Made by a program: the position numbers and the translations under genes. A model generated the notes under the pieces. That model had not been told where the DNA came from, did not search any database, and saw nothing but the letters and a program-made list of their open reading frames with translations. A DNA stretch of 63,847 nt, counting the filler, from Globobulimina sp. (taxonomy: Eukaryota): NCBI GenBank assembly GCA_003354225.1. It is 57 parts of 57 records of this genome, joined end to end, with 100 filler letters (N's around TTAATTAATTAA, not from the genome) between each part and the next. Parts side by side here need not be neighbours in the genome. Positions count along the whole stretch, not along the records: positions 1 to 1,023 come from PIVH01025545.1; positions 1,124 to 2,146 come from PIVH01025546.1; positions 2,247 to 3,269 come from PIVH01025547.1; positions 3,370 to 4,392 come from PIVH01025548.1; positions 4,493 to 5,515 come from PIVH01025549.1; positions 5,616 to 6,638 come from PIVH01025550.1; positions 6,739 to 7,761 come from PIVH01025551.1; positions 7,862 to 8,884 come from PIVH01025552.1; 49 more parts are not named here. One strand, written 5' to 3'. Below, piece by piece: positions 1 through 12,629 of the stretch. Numbering within the stretch: the stretch's first letter is position 1; every line of letters starts with the position of its first letter.

Positions 1-977
1 CATGCTAAACAATATGAATGACTAGTTGCCAATGTTAAGATTACCTTGTTCAAATGACCTATCTCATTGTCCAAATGAGTAAAACATTTCGAAATGGGCT
101 ATCAGATCATTACTGTGTTGCACAGAATATGATTGGATGATGTTATTATATACTTATATGGCATAGAAAGTAAAAAAGAACAACAAAATTGTGTTTAAGA
201 TCATGTATTTAGAAAAAAAAAACATTTATCTTAAATAGTTTAAGGATGTGTTGATTGTACAGGAGTGTTGAAACACAAAGTTTTGTTCATTACATACAGG
301 CATGTGCCATTCTATCCCTCCAACATATAAGGTGCATTGTTAATAAATTGTATGGGTTTTCCTCTTCTTTTGGTACTTCTAGATCTTGAATAAAGGGTTA
401 AACTTTTCTATTCTTTGTCTAAATTTATGATGTATTTCATTAGGCATATGTTTCAATATCTCCTTACAGTGATCTCTACACAACAAAGTTTGCTTTACAC
501 TAGATATTTTAATTCATATCACATTATCATCAATTAAGAATCAACCAAATTTGTCGCAAAACATGCACAAGTATATTTACTTATGATGAGAGCAAATATT
601 CTGATATTGGCCTTACGTATGTGGCACAAATCATCATCTAAACTATGTATACAGCAATCTGCCGAACTTTGAATGAAGTAAACTCTCAAATCAAACATTG
701 TCATCATCAGAACATGAAATAATATCAAGAGTATCGCCACATAGGTCATGATAGTCATCCTCAATAATGTTATAATTATCTATTACATGCACAAATGAAG
801 AAATACTTACCATGATCTCTGTGTGGCTCTCTTTGTTTGTGTATTTATATTTCTACACATCCTTACACAAATCGGAGCACAGCTCACTCGCACTTTACAG
901 TGTCGCAACGCATTCAAAATAGCTTTACACGTATACACCCGGTGACTAGTTGTGCACTGACTGCTATTGGCTCAATC

Positions 978-1021
978 CAGACTGTGATGTCCCACATGAT
1001 TGCGTAGGACATCACAGTCTG
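978..1021. repeat. Perfect 15-bp inverted repeat with 14-nt loop
   Basis: cagactgtgatgtcc (978-992) and ggacatcacagtctg (1007-1021). Confidence 0.9.
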
Positions 1022-1023
1022 CA

Positions 1024-1123
1024 NNNNNNNNNNNNNNNNNNNNNNNNNNNNNNNNNNNNNNNNNNNNTTAATTAATTAANNNNNNNNNNNNNNNNNNNNN
1101 NNNNNNNNNNNNNNNNNNNNNNN
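1024..1123. other. Artificial contig linker (44 N + TTAATTAATTAA + 44 N); first of 56 such linkers
   Basis: The same 100-nt spacer recurs every ~1122 bp and has stops in all six frames. Flanking contigs shrink monotonically from 1023 to 1021 bp. Confidence 0.99.
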
Positions 1124-2119
1124 GTAATAATTTTTTGTTAATTTTATTTTTAGCGATTATTAAGGCACCACAACATATACAACCACATGTCAATAATATA
1201 CATAACGCCAATATGCCACCTAATTCTGTCCAAAATGCATATGGCGACTTTTTGTCATCAGTTTGTACGGTTATTGAGGTATATAACACCGTTTCTGTCG
1301 TTGTGAGTGTATTAGTATTACCACACGTTTCTGATAATATATATTGGTTACAATATGTCACACCATCTGCAGTGTTAATGGTGCATTGTAATTTGTTATC
1401 GGTGATGACGAGTTTGTTTGTATGCTGTTGACATCCATTACTGTGACAGTACCAATTCATTTTACAATATGTCGTGTCTGTTGGTGCTATGTTTCTGATG
1501 TATGTTGAGATTGATTTGCACGATGCAATGTCCTTACAATCGACTGTTAGCTGGTTTGTATTATTCGCAAATATTGATATACCATCACAGCTATGCTCCA
1601 ATGAGCATATTATTTGTATGCTTGCGCTCTCTGTTAAATATAAAGCCGCCTCAATCAATGCAGCGTTGGATACGAAATCTCCATCAATGGGGCCATAAAT
1701 ATCTAAATGTTATATATAACCATCGATCAATAAAAGCAAATTAAAATGCATATAACCAACGAACCTGTTGCAGCAAAATAAAAATCCATCGAACTGTGCA
1801 ATATTAATACATTCGAGTGAGCAGCATCAATAATTGTCTGTGCGCCACAATCTATTCCCATGCAAATAACTGTACATTGCGTGGAGTGATTACAGTGTAC
1901 AGTTTGAGCAATATCCAAGTTCATAAATACTGTACAAAGCTCATGGGATTCATCACAGTTTAATTGCCGCATATTATTCTCAAAAGGCAATACCATTTGC
2001 ATCTGGTTAAAATGTGACGGTGCAGCACATATAACGGCACAATCCGTGCCAACAATGCACGTTTTATTCAAAGTATAACCACAATGCATTTGGAAGTTAT
2101 TTACATTCAATGCGTTCAT
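1124..2119 (-). CDS. Cys-rich type I membrane protein, partial; intron 1703-1764
   Basis: Repeated Cys-spaced modules, a Thr-rich stalk, and a TM segment (LGGILALCILLTCGCICCGALII) followed by a basic stretch. A GT..AG intron joins the two ORFs in frame (AAT/DIYGP). Confidence 0.7.
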
Positions 2120-2408
2120 GCGGATAGATCATGAATGAGAATCGGANNNNNNNNNNNNNNNNNNNNNNNNNNNNNNNNNNNNNNNNNNNNTTAATTAATT
2201 AANNNNNNNNNNNNNNNNNNNNNNNNNNNNNNNNNNNNNNNNNNNNAGCATCTGGTTCTCCCTCATTTTCATTAATTTCAATGATAATATCTTCATCTGG
2301 ATCTCTAATTTTATCTAATAAATCCATACTGATTCTCAGAGTAGTGAATTGTTGAAATGTTTAAAAAACAAACTTCACTAAAATCATATTATCATTTTTG
2401 TCATCATC

Positions 2409-3269
2409 ATGGCGTCTGTTTGTGACAAAGAACATTACCTGGAACCTCAGTTGTTTCTATGCCTTCATTGCGGAGCTGGAGGTATGCTTTGATTATATAT
2501 CAAAATCCAACAAATAATCAATGCATGATTTACAAACACTAAACAGCATTTGCAAAAGATAAATACAAACAATACAAACAAGTAATGAAGAATGCATGCA
2601 ATATCGCAAATATTGAATTCAAAAAAGTTATACTTTCACACCTTATATTACATACTTATATTTATTGACAAAAATAACAAAACAAAAAGACAAAATGTGT
2701 GCGCACAGCGGTCGTAGCAGCAACAGAATATTTAGAAGACTCTCCGTTAGTAAATGCAGGACTTTCTGGTTCGAGTGTTACTATAAACGGTACAATAGAA
2801 TGCGACGCAGGAATATTAAATGTAAACACACAAAAATGGGCTGCAATAACTTCCGTGTCGACTATAAAAAACCCAATTTGTGCCGCAGAAGCATTGCATT
2901 TAAAATCGCAACAACCATTAAGTAATGGTCGCATATCACCGATTTTTTTATGTGGTCCCGCTGCACAACATTGGTGCCAAGAAAATAATGTTGCCACCAA
3001 CAATGCATATAAACTTTCATCCACTCAACAAAGTTTATTTGATGAATATTCCAAACAAATATCACTGGCGAATCATAAGAATGACAGTAAAATTGAAAAA
3101 CGCAAATTATGCGACACCGACAGTCGTACAGATGATGGATATATTGCACCACCATTAAAAAAGAGAAAATTGAGTGATTTGGCAAGAAATAAGCATGGTA
3201 CCTGCGGTGTGATTGGATTTGATATTGATAGCAAGGTAATGTACGTGAGTTGTAGCAGCGGTGGGATAT
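2409..3269 (+). CDS. TASP1: Taspase1-like threonine aspartase (asparaginase-2/Ntn hydrolase), 3' partial; introns 2482-2546 and 2627-2689
   Basis: LHCGAG, LEDSPLVNAG, IECDAG, KNPI, GRISPIFLCG, GTCG nucleophile and SSGG motifs. Both introns restore frame. Confidence 0.8.
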
Positions 3270-3692
3270 NNNNNNNNNNNNNNNNNNNNNNNNNNNNNNN
3301 NNNNNNNNNNNNNTTAATTAATTAANNNNNNNNNNNNNNNNNNNNNNNNNNNNNNNNNNNNNNNNNNNNGATATCATACCAGATATCAAATATAATCAGG
3401 ATTACTATCCATTGACATGGCTTCAACCGCATAATGTATTGAATGTCGCGTCAATCACTGCGAGAGCCATTGAAACATTTGATTTGAGAGGACAAATTTG
3501 ATGAGATTTTTGGGGAACAGTTGGATTCCTCAAATGCTGCAAAATATCGATTATTTGCTTGATATATTCAATTTTTCCATTCTGAGATTCAAGTTCTGTT
3601 TTTTTTGTTTGTTTGCAAGTATGCTGTTTACTTCGAGACAGAGTTGATATTTGTTTAGTGACAACCAGTCTTGAAGTTTTTTAACCTGTCCC

Positions 3693-4103
3693 ATGGCATA
3701 CTTCAATAACCTAAACATAAACACCGCAAACATGTGGAAAAATGGTGGCACAGATAATCTTGTAATTAATGGTAAAACTAAAATCATAGTTGGTGCAGCT
3801 GGTTATTGTAATAATACCATCTCAACAACAACAGGACAACAACAACAACCACCACCACCACCAGCATCACTCCAGCCATATTTTGAAAATCTATTCATTC
3901 CTATCCCACCAACACAACCACAGCAACCCGAAACGGACAACATGGCCATGGCTCAATTTAATGGCGTTGACATCCAACAAATGAATCGAGCCAACAATGG
4001 CATGAATAATGGAACCATATACAATGGCGACCAAACAATAGTAAATAATGGACATTTAATCAACGCGAATGGTGCACGTAATACTCAGATCGGAGTTAGT
4101 TAA
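3693..4103 (+). CDS. Q/P/N-rich low-complexity hypothetical protein fragment
   Basis: 136-aa ORF with QQQQPPPPP and N/G-rich tail; no recognisable domain. Confidence 0.35.
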   Translation: MAYFNNLNINTANMWKNGGTDNLVINGKTKIIVGAAGYCNNTISTTTGQQQQPPPPPASLQPYFENLFIPIPPTQPQQPETDNMAMAQFNGVDIQQMNRANNGMNNGTIYNGDQTIVNNGHLINANGARNTQIGVS

Positions 4104-4823
4104 TTAATTTTGTCTGTTGATTTGCATAAATATTTTAATTATACAATTAATATTTTAGTGTACTTATAGTACTACAAACGTATGTATTAATAATTATTAT
4201 TTACAACAAGTACAACCTCAAAGGAATAAAGTATTGATAAATGGCATTGCATATTGGATTGAAAGAGGTATGTTCAGAAGATAACAGATTTCATTTTAAA
4301 TATTGGATACATCACAACCTACTTAGCAGTGCCATCCCAACCTATCAATCCGCCGACTTTGTTTAATACACAATGTTCGTCATCAATTATTTNNNNNNNN
4401 NNNNNNNNNNNNNNNNNNNNNNNNNNNNNNNNNNNNTTAATTAATTAANNNNNNNNNNNNNNNNNNNNNNNNNNNNNNNNNNNNNNNNNNNNTTTAGACC
4501 CTGGCTGAATGCTGCTACTAAAAAACTGGAAAGTGATACTGTAAGTCGAGAAAGTGGTACTTTTCTTAAACAGTAATTATGATCAAATTATGCAAATTTG
4601 CATCTCTTTGGGATTGGTAACCACTAATTGAGAATTGTCCAATTAAGCGCTAGCACATTGTCCAATAGCTATATCCAACAAATTATTGACATTCATTCGC
4701 ATTGTAAAATGGTGTTTAATTGCAATTTGTAATGTTTTTTGTCTTTGATTGCGAATAAATGAATCCATTCACCTCCAATAAAAGACTCACTAACTTGTAC
4801 AATAATATTGGGTAAAATGGGAA

Positions 4824-5270
4824 TCATATTTCATTTGTTAGAGCGCCACCGATCAATAACAATATATTCTGTGACTTAACATATATAAAAGCTCCTTTAT
4901 TATGACATGAAGCAAATTCATACATTATATCAAGTTCCTTGGTGTTTTCATTAAAAATAAAATGAAAACATTTAAACGTTAGCGATCCATATCCGTAGCG
5001 ACTTCCTGAGGTTGATACGATTAAATGATATTTTCCATCGGCAAACACAGATAATATATCATTTGCAATCCATCGGAAATAATATTCATCCACATATCCC
5101 GTAGTTAAATTCCTTCCAATTATCCAAAATCTGGACGATGAGTAATAATTATAATCGTTTTCATAAATTATTCCGTATGTTTGCGTTTTATTACAGTTTA
5201 TTGAAAGGGAGTCATATTTTGAGGGTTCAGGAGGAGTTGAATGAAATTCTTTTTTCCATTTATTTGGCAC
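4824..5270 (-). CDS. Kelch-like beta-propeller protein fragment
   Basis: FIYVKSQNILLLIGG blade resembles the kelch protein at 8985-9785. Confidence 0.55.
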   Translation of the reverse strand: MPNKWKKEFHSTPPEPSKYDSLSINCNKTQTYGIIYENDYNYYSSSRFWIIGRNLTTGYVDEYYFRWIANDILSVFADGKYHLIVSTSGSRYGYGSLTFKCFHFIFNENTKELDIMYEFASCHNKGAFIYVKSQNILLLIGGALTNEI

Positions 5271-5681
5271 AATAAATCCAATTCTTTACACCGCGCTTAT
5301 TTTGTAGAAAAAGCTGAATATGGCTTTTTTTTCACATCCACTACAATTGTATCCAAAAGCCATGATATCGCGTACTAATGTTTTTTTTTTGGATGATAAA
5401 CTTTATCGCGATGGTTTCATCCAACCAAGTTAAATAATGATTTCGCATATTCCACCACAGTTATTTGCACTGCTATTGTTAGGTACAATTAATAACGTTT
5501 TTATTATCTTTAAATNNNNNNNNNNNNNNNNNNNNNNNNNNNNNNNNNNNNNNNNNNNNTTAATTAATTAANNNNNNNNNNNNNNNNNNNNNNNNNNNNN
5601 NNNNNNNNNNNNNNNCAAATCTAGTGTATTTTTAGATGTACTTTTGGTGATATTCAACAGATGCAAATTATCGAAACTTTG

Positions 5682-6638
5682 CGTGATATTAAAGCCACAA
5701 AACATATTACTCTCAAAACATGATGTCATAAAATTATGTGACTTTGGTTTTGCCCGCGCATTGTCTGCGGAATCCACAATGGCGACCTCCATAAAAGGGA
5801 CACCGTTGTATATGGCACCGGAATTAGTTCAAGAGAAACCATACAATGACAAGGTGGATTTATGGTCATTAGGTGTCATTTTATATGAATTATTTTACGG
5901 GAAACCGCCATTTTATACCAATTCAATCTACAAATTGGTCAAAATGATTGTGAAGGACCACATACGATATCCAATAAATCCGTGTATTTCCAAAGAATTT
6001 CGGCATTTTATCTCCGGATTGCTACGAAAAAATCCACTCAAACGATTTGACATTGAACAGTTACATAGCCATCCATTCCTACACATTGCTGACCAAATAG
6101 CTGAACAAAAGGATGTAGAAATTGTACAAAATATAAATAAATATTCCAGTCCATCGCCTGAAGCAATAAAATGTTCCTATCCTTCATCCACAAAATCTGC
6201 AAAATCAATAAAATGTACATTGAGTCCATATCTATCATCCACATCTGATTCAGCTGCAGATAATGTTAAACAAAAAGTATTTGAAATATTAGATTCAAAT
6301 GACATGAGTTTTATTAATAAAATATTAATTGTTTTGCCACAGAGATGGCAGACTTTGTGTTCACTATCAAATGGACAAAATATGCAATTTGAATTGAAAT
6401 TGTTTCAGAAGTTATATATTTTATTGACCAAAACAGAAAATAACTCATTTTTAAAAAATATTATAAATGTTATGCATTTAACTATTGTTCGAATGCAAAA
6501 ATATGAGAAATATGAAATAAATTATGTCATTTTACAAAACACATTAACTCATATCACAGAAACAACATATTTTCACTCGTGTCAGTTATTTCCGAGTATA
6601 TGCAAATTAATAAAAGGTATTATCAAGTTAAACGATGA
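5682..6638 (+). CDS. STK36: Fused/STK36-like Ser/Thr kinase, partial; 1-nt indel at ~5691-5693
   Basis: RDIK-PQNILL (one extra A), KLCDFGFARA, SIKGTPLYMAPELVQEKPY, DLWSLGVILYEL..GKPPFYTNSIYKLV. Confidence 0.85.
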
Positions 6639-7898
6639 NNNNNNNNNNNNNNNNNNNNNNNNNNNNNNNNNNNNNNNNNNNNTTAATTAATTAANNNNNN
6701 NNNNNNNNNNNNNNNNNNNNNNNNNNNNNNNNNNNNNNTCAAATTGAGAGAAACGATTCAAAGTTGAGACACGTCTTATCAGAATATAACTGAACAATTC
6801 AGTATATTTTGACACTATGGATACAGCAACTATTCACGTTGATGTTCCTTTCGTTTATGCTACTACACCAATTATGCTTTGAGTGTGTCACTAAAAAGTT
6901 TTTCACTTAAAATTGTTATTAAAAAGAAGAAAAAAAAAAGGAAGAAAAAAGTAAGAAAAAACAAAAAAAAAACAAAGAAAAAAGAAAAAAAAAGTTTTAG
7001 ATGGTTTTGTTTTACGAACCATACGCTTGGTAGTTACGATAGGAGAGACTGACATATTGAGGGTGTGGACTGTACGACTGGTGGGTAGGGTGAATTTTGA
7101 ATCTAGGTTTTCTGAATTTAGTGAATTTTGAGCTCAGTCAAACAAGAATTTTGTGAATTTACTGAATTACTCAACTAGATCATGTTCAGTGTCCATCACT
7201 GCTAAAGATGCATTTGGATTTTTGGGAATCATTTGAAATGTTGATGAATAAATACAACTTGAAATATAATATAATAATAACAGAGCGTGGCCTACAATGC
7301 ACACTCCCGTTACAAAAAGAAAATAAGTAAACTCTGTCATTGAAACATGAAGGGCGAGTAAAGAAAGTTTTTTGTTGATGAAACATCTCAAAAACTATCT
7401 AAGTGACACTCAACCAAAAATTAACAGTCTACATAAACATTGAAAAACAGATTGAAAGCAGTTGGAAATATCAGATTGCTGTCCACAAACACTAAAATTC
7501 TGTTCGTTTGGCCGGCAGGAGTGCCATGACTGCCATGACTGCCATCACTATTCAAGACTTTGAAAATGTTATCTAAAACAATAAAAAGTTTGAGTTTCTT
7601 TAGTGAAACATGGAACATTTGTGTGAAACCTATCCAAATGAGTCGATATTATTTTTGAAACGTGCAATTTGTACAACAATTGTAACAGGCTTTGTATTGA
7701 CAACACCGATTATTATTTGCGTATGGAATTCACCAAAGAACGAATCCGATGAATCATTGCGNNNNNNNNNNNNNNNNNNNNNNNNNNNNNNNNNNNNNNN
7801 NNNNNTTAATTAATTAANNNNNNNNNNNNNNNNNNNNNNNNNNNNNNNNNNNNNNNNNNNNTCAATAGAGTTGCAAATTTGCTTCGTTTTAAGAGAAT

Positions 7899-8381
7899 AT
7901 GGCCATGGATAAGAAAGAGAATCAGTTGGAGACATTATTACAGGTTGGAGACATTAAATGTGGTGATAAAATGAAAATAATAAATGGAAAAACAGTTACA
8001 TTTAATGGAGGATGGGGTAGGTGTAATACAGCATATTCACCATCGTTATCAGGTGCTGGAATCCATGAAATTAAATTTAAAATAATAAAAAAAAGTGATT
8101 GTGTGATATGTATTGGTATTTCATCGACCACAAAGCATGCAAATAATTGGTGTTTTGATCAAGGTAAAGATTCATACAATTATGGATACCATTCTGATGG
8201 AAAGAAAGTGAGCCATGAATTTGAACGTCAACAATATGGAGTTAGCTATGGTTTAAATGATATTATTATTCTTTATTTGGATTTTAATAATTTGCAAATA
8301 TCTTTTAAGAAAAACGGACAAAGTTTCGGTGTTTTGTTGAGTTATACAAGATTTAGAAGAAAGGGAGAAAGGATAAGATAA
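7899..8381 (+). CDS. SPRY/B30.2 domain protein
   Basis: GIHEIKFKI..ICIGI..YGYHSDG..YGVSYGLNDIIILYLDFNNLQISFKKNGQSFGV; the 3' end looks chimeric. Confidence 0.75.
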   Translation: MAMDKKENQLETLLQVGDIKCGDKMKIINGKTVTFNGGWGRCNTAYSPSLSGAGIHEIKFKIIKKSDCVICIGISSTTKHANNWCFDQGKDSYNYGYHSDGKKVSHEFERQQYGVSYGLNDIIILYLDFNNLQISFKKNGQSFGVLLSYTRFRRKGERIR

Positions 8382-8984
8382 TAATTTAATATAATAATAG
8401 AATACAATAATAGAAAAATGGTCTAATAAAAGGAATTATGATATTGAGGAATATAGAGGAGCACAACATCACTCCGTTCCAAGATTGTTCAGTAACAATC
8501 TTTTATAATGAAATACTAAAAATACTAAAATTCCTTAATATTTATATAGAAAGTTTTTGAAACTAATATTTGAAGGTAACTAGTTCCAAAACTATTTCAA
8601 AACGCCCACTTTAAAGCGTCTTGTATGAGCTGGTCACTTTGTTGCTAGATAGTTACAAATTGAACTGCGATCGTTGAGTCTGTAAATGTAATAATGATCG
8701 GTGTAAATCAATTTGTTCATTGACCAATAAATCATGTAATATGGGATAGGAATTAATGTATGTTGATGCTATCATAGATGAATTCACGCGATTATCAATA
8801 ATGGCAGGCCTATTCTTGTGTCAACGTGATCAATAGCGCGGTACAGTATTTTTATACTGAGTATTCGTTGATATACTCCGTGGANNNNNNNNNNNNNNNN
8901 NNNNNNNNNNNNNNNNNNNNNNNNNNNNTTAATTAATTAANNNNNNNNNNNNNNNNNNNNNNNNNNNNNNNNNNNNNNNNNNNN

Positions 8985-9785
8985 AATATAAATATCATTG
9001 GAATACGTGTCATTTCCATACTTATTCCGTCTCATTCTCCCACCAAAAAATAAAATACGGGTTTCATTTTTGTTGATAACACACCCAAAATCTACAATTT
9101 TGAGTGGCAAAATAATATCTGAATCGTTCCATTTTTGGCTCACCAATGAATATGAATATATTTTCCAATCTTGATCAGTTGGATCGTAATAATTAAAACC
9201 TGCACGACCTGTTCCTCCAAATAGCAACAAACGTTTTTGTGATTCAACATATATTAAACTGGAACGGCCGTGATAAGCAGTCTCGTGTTCAAACGAATGC
9301 ATTGTTTTCAGGGATAGTTTGTGATCTGCAGTCAAAGTGATGTGCGATTTGTGATGTGTTCCGCCAATTAAATGCATCGTTCCATCCAAAATAAATAAAG
9401 AGCAGTTTTCCAATGATAAGCTATTCAGACCGGTGATATTGTGTCTTACACCAAAACTACGTCCCGAATTTAGATCAAGTTTGATTATTTTCTTTGAACT
9501 CAAACAGCACAATATATTTAATTGTTGGTCCACAGCCATAAATGGGCCAATTTCATAACCATTAATTGCTGCAATAAGTATACTGTTGGTGCGAGTCCTT
9601 TTCATTGGACATTGCAACCATTGTTTCCATTGATTTGTTGTAGCATCATACTTGTACAGAGTGCATTCTTCTTCCTTTTGGTCGCATACAGTCAACTCAT
9701 TGTTCCACACTGTCGGTTCAAAGTCCTTGTGTCTATCACTAAATTTAAAAGGTATTGTTGCTTGTTTCACCCATTTTGAACCCAT
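8985..9785 (-). CDS. Kelch-motif protein, 3' partial
   Basis: HLIGG, RLLLFGG, W..LP..DFGCV..RILFFGG..SNDIYI blades. Confidence 0.8.
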
Positions 9786-10107
9786 TATTTAAACTTGAGC
9801 AATATTTTCCCCGCAAAGTGGACGACACTCAAAGTAAGGGAATTGATTAAGTAATTAAACTACAAATCATCATGTTTTAGTATTGGTATATTATATAGAT
9901 AACCATTTGGAGAGTTGGAATTTTATGATATTTGATGAGGAGTTGGTGCAATTCATGATATTTATGTGTTGGAGATGATATATATGATTGTTGAGACTGT
10001 GGGTGTGNNNNNNNNNNNNNNNNNNNNNNNNNNNNNNNNNNNNNNNNNNNNTTAATTAATTAANNNNNNNNNNNNNNNNNNNNNNNNNNNNNNNNNNNNN
10101 NNNNNNN

Positions 10108-10452
10108 CGGTTTTGAGCGATTATCAGTATCTGGATAATTCCATCCATGATTTAAATTTAAATCAATTTCTTTAATATTAAATATTTTATCATATAATTT
10201 CCACAATAAATATGCAGATAATGTTAAACCCGATGTCCATGCGATAAGAGGAGAAACCTGCAATGCGCCAATATTTTCTCCCTGAGCGTTTCGTACTGTT
10301 TCTACCCAGAATAATGGAACAGTCACTGCCAAAACAATAGGACATTTTCTCTGGAATTGATACGATTTATATTGGAAAGATGGCCATTTTGACGCTGAAT
10401 GATTCTGCCATCGATATCGACCTCTTATTTGAGATGCGACTCTCCTCCACAT
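10108..10452 (-). CDS. Hypothetical protein with mitochondrial-type presequence and TM helix, 3' partial
   Basis: Arg/Ser-rich, acid-free N-terminus (MWRRVASQIRGRYR) followed by a hydrophobic segment. Confidence 0.5.
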
Positions 10453-10546
10453 TTATTGCTAGTTAACTAACTTCGAAGCTTTAAAAGTTCGGATTTCGGA
10501 ATACAAGATAACTAAATAAGTTTACTACAAACAACTGTACAAACTA

Positions 10547-11130
10547 TTAACTGACAAAAACCACACCGCCTGCCACATTGTATTTTTTGACAGCAGTTTC
10601 AAGAGATTGGTTCTTTGTCTCTGGAATGAATTTCCACACGAACCACATGCAAAATATAATTATTACCGCAAATGCGAAGTATAAATGAGAATATGAATTA
10701 TTATCCGTATAATTTTGTCTACCAAATTCTAACAATTTCAAAACAGAATCTACGCCCAATGATAATGCTGCATTGAACGACCATTGGACAAAAACACAAA
10801 TACTTCCAAACCTTATCCGATGAGAAAATGGAAACAGCTCACAATTTACAATCCACATATATGCTCCTAAAGATATGGCAAATCCAATCAAATAAAATGC
10901 TAATTTGGATATTAATAATGTATTAATCAATGCTTCATTTGATCCATCATTGTAATTTAAATCAATGATTCCGAGAAAAATTAAACTGAAGCACATAATA
11001 AAAATTCCCATATAAATCATTGTTTTGTTTTTGATGCCTTTCGGCCTCGCACATATTAAACAAACTATAGTCGATAAAAAATTAATTAAATATAATACAA
11101 AAATCATGGCATAAACATTCATCTTTGAAT
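10547..11130 (-). CDS. MFS sugar porter family transporter, C-terminal half
   Basis: FAISLGAYMWIVNCELFP..R..GS, W.FN and FIPETKNQSLE signatures. Confidence 0.9.
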
Positions 11131-11260
11131 NNNNNNNNNNNNNNNNNNNNNNNNNNNNNNNNNNNNNNNNNNNNTTAATTAATTAANNNNNNNNNNNNNN
11201 NNNNNNNNNNNNNNNNNNNNNNNNNNNNNNGTTATACAAGAACCAACGCGGTTTTTTTGT

Positions 11261-12190
11261 TCAAATAATATTTTCCCAATCTTTCGGTTGATTATCTTTT
11301 TCCATTAAAATTGGGAAAAAATGCTTTGCATCTTTCACAGACTTATAATTGTGCATTGATATCAAATATGGAGAGCAACAATTTTCACCTGTACAATATT
11401 CAAAAATTGCAGAACAACAATGTCATATTAAACAGATACATCAAACATACCTTCCCCAACCCCGTCTGGCTTATACTTCCAAAACCATGTATCTTCCCGA
11501 TATATTTTCGCATGATCCGTGTCACGAAAAATCAAGAATCTCTCTCTTAAATTGTGATCCAATGTGTTATCTTATGTCATATTTAATTATTTAGTAAACA
11601 CAACATAAAGACATATATAATTACCTGGCCGTATACCAACGCCTAATAAGCATATGCCAGTGGTCGGGTCTTCCCCCGCACCGTCACGGTCAATGCAGTG
11701 CGATCTACCGGTCGTAGTGGCCAACGTTGGTAAATGTTGCTGATAGAAACCGATTCTACGGATGGTTTCGCGTGATATTACATAACATATTCCGGAATTA
11801 AACACAACATTCTCTGAGCTCCATCGAGACCGAATTGAATGTCCAATGTAATGTGGAAATGATGCGTCGTAATATTGCAAAAAGCCAAATAGATTTTGTG
11901 TGGCAACAAAGGTGTCGTCATCTGCCTTGATGAACCACTCGAAATTGTTGTATAACGATTCTGTGGAATACACTTTTGTCCACATTCTATGCACTTTTTC
12001 CCCTTCATCAAATAAATAAAATGCATTATTCATTAATTGTAAGATAACTGATAACTTAACATATATTGCGGACATGTTTCTCGTTGTTTTGTGTGCGCGT
12101 CAATGGTATTATTAATGTTTGGAACCCAGCATATTGATCTGGTGCGTCCTGAGCTTCATCAATGACCCACATCAATTTGCTGCAGCCTAC
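11261..12190 (-). CDS. C1GALT1/Fringe-like (GT31) galactosyltransferase, 5' partial; introns 12003-12060, 11571-11624, 11389-11450
   Basis: The spliced product reads RNIWEKV..WFIKADDDTFV..NSG..YVISR..ED..G.CL..DNTLD..ERF..CCSPYLISMHNYK, with stop at 11261-11263. Confidence 0.85.
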
Positions 12191-12578
12191 TTCTATGATA
12201 TCAAGCAGGCCGACGTAGTGCAGCATAGCAGCAGCATGGCAATCTATCCAGCGNNNNNNNNNNNNNNNNNNNNNNNNNNNNNNNNNNNNNNNNNNNNTTA
12301 ATTAATTAANNNNNNNNNNNNNNNNNNNNNNNNNNNNNNNNNNNNNNNNNNNNAGCTGGTACATTACTGAATGGTAAAGTATATATATCACATAAGTTAA
12401 GCATTTGTATAAGAAAGCCGTATTTATATCATTTCAAATGCACGGTAATGTTATAATAATAATAAGTTAAACTCTTTCTATTTATACTGTGCTACATTTT
12501 AGGTTGCGATATTTTGCGTGTTGTTAAACATACATATTTTGCGTGTATTGCATAATTACACGGATTAGGTAGTTTATC

Positions 12579-12629
12579 CTCCTGGGTAAAAAAGCAAACG
12601 AAGTGTAACGTAGTTGCTTTTACTAGGAG
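12579..12629. other. Y-shaped hairpin with two GNA-triloop mini-hairpins
   Basis: Outer stem ctcct..gtaa..aagcaa / ttgctt.ttac.aggag encloses AC-GAA-GT and AC-GTA-GT. Confidence 0.6.

Noticed and set aside
5682-5697. Programmed frameshift in the kinase catalytic loop
   Set aside because: One extra A in a short homopolymer near a chimeric contig start; sequencing error is more likely.
7560-7680. RGS-like MEHLCETYPNESILFL motif
   Set aside because: Too short and disrupted to support a call.
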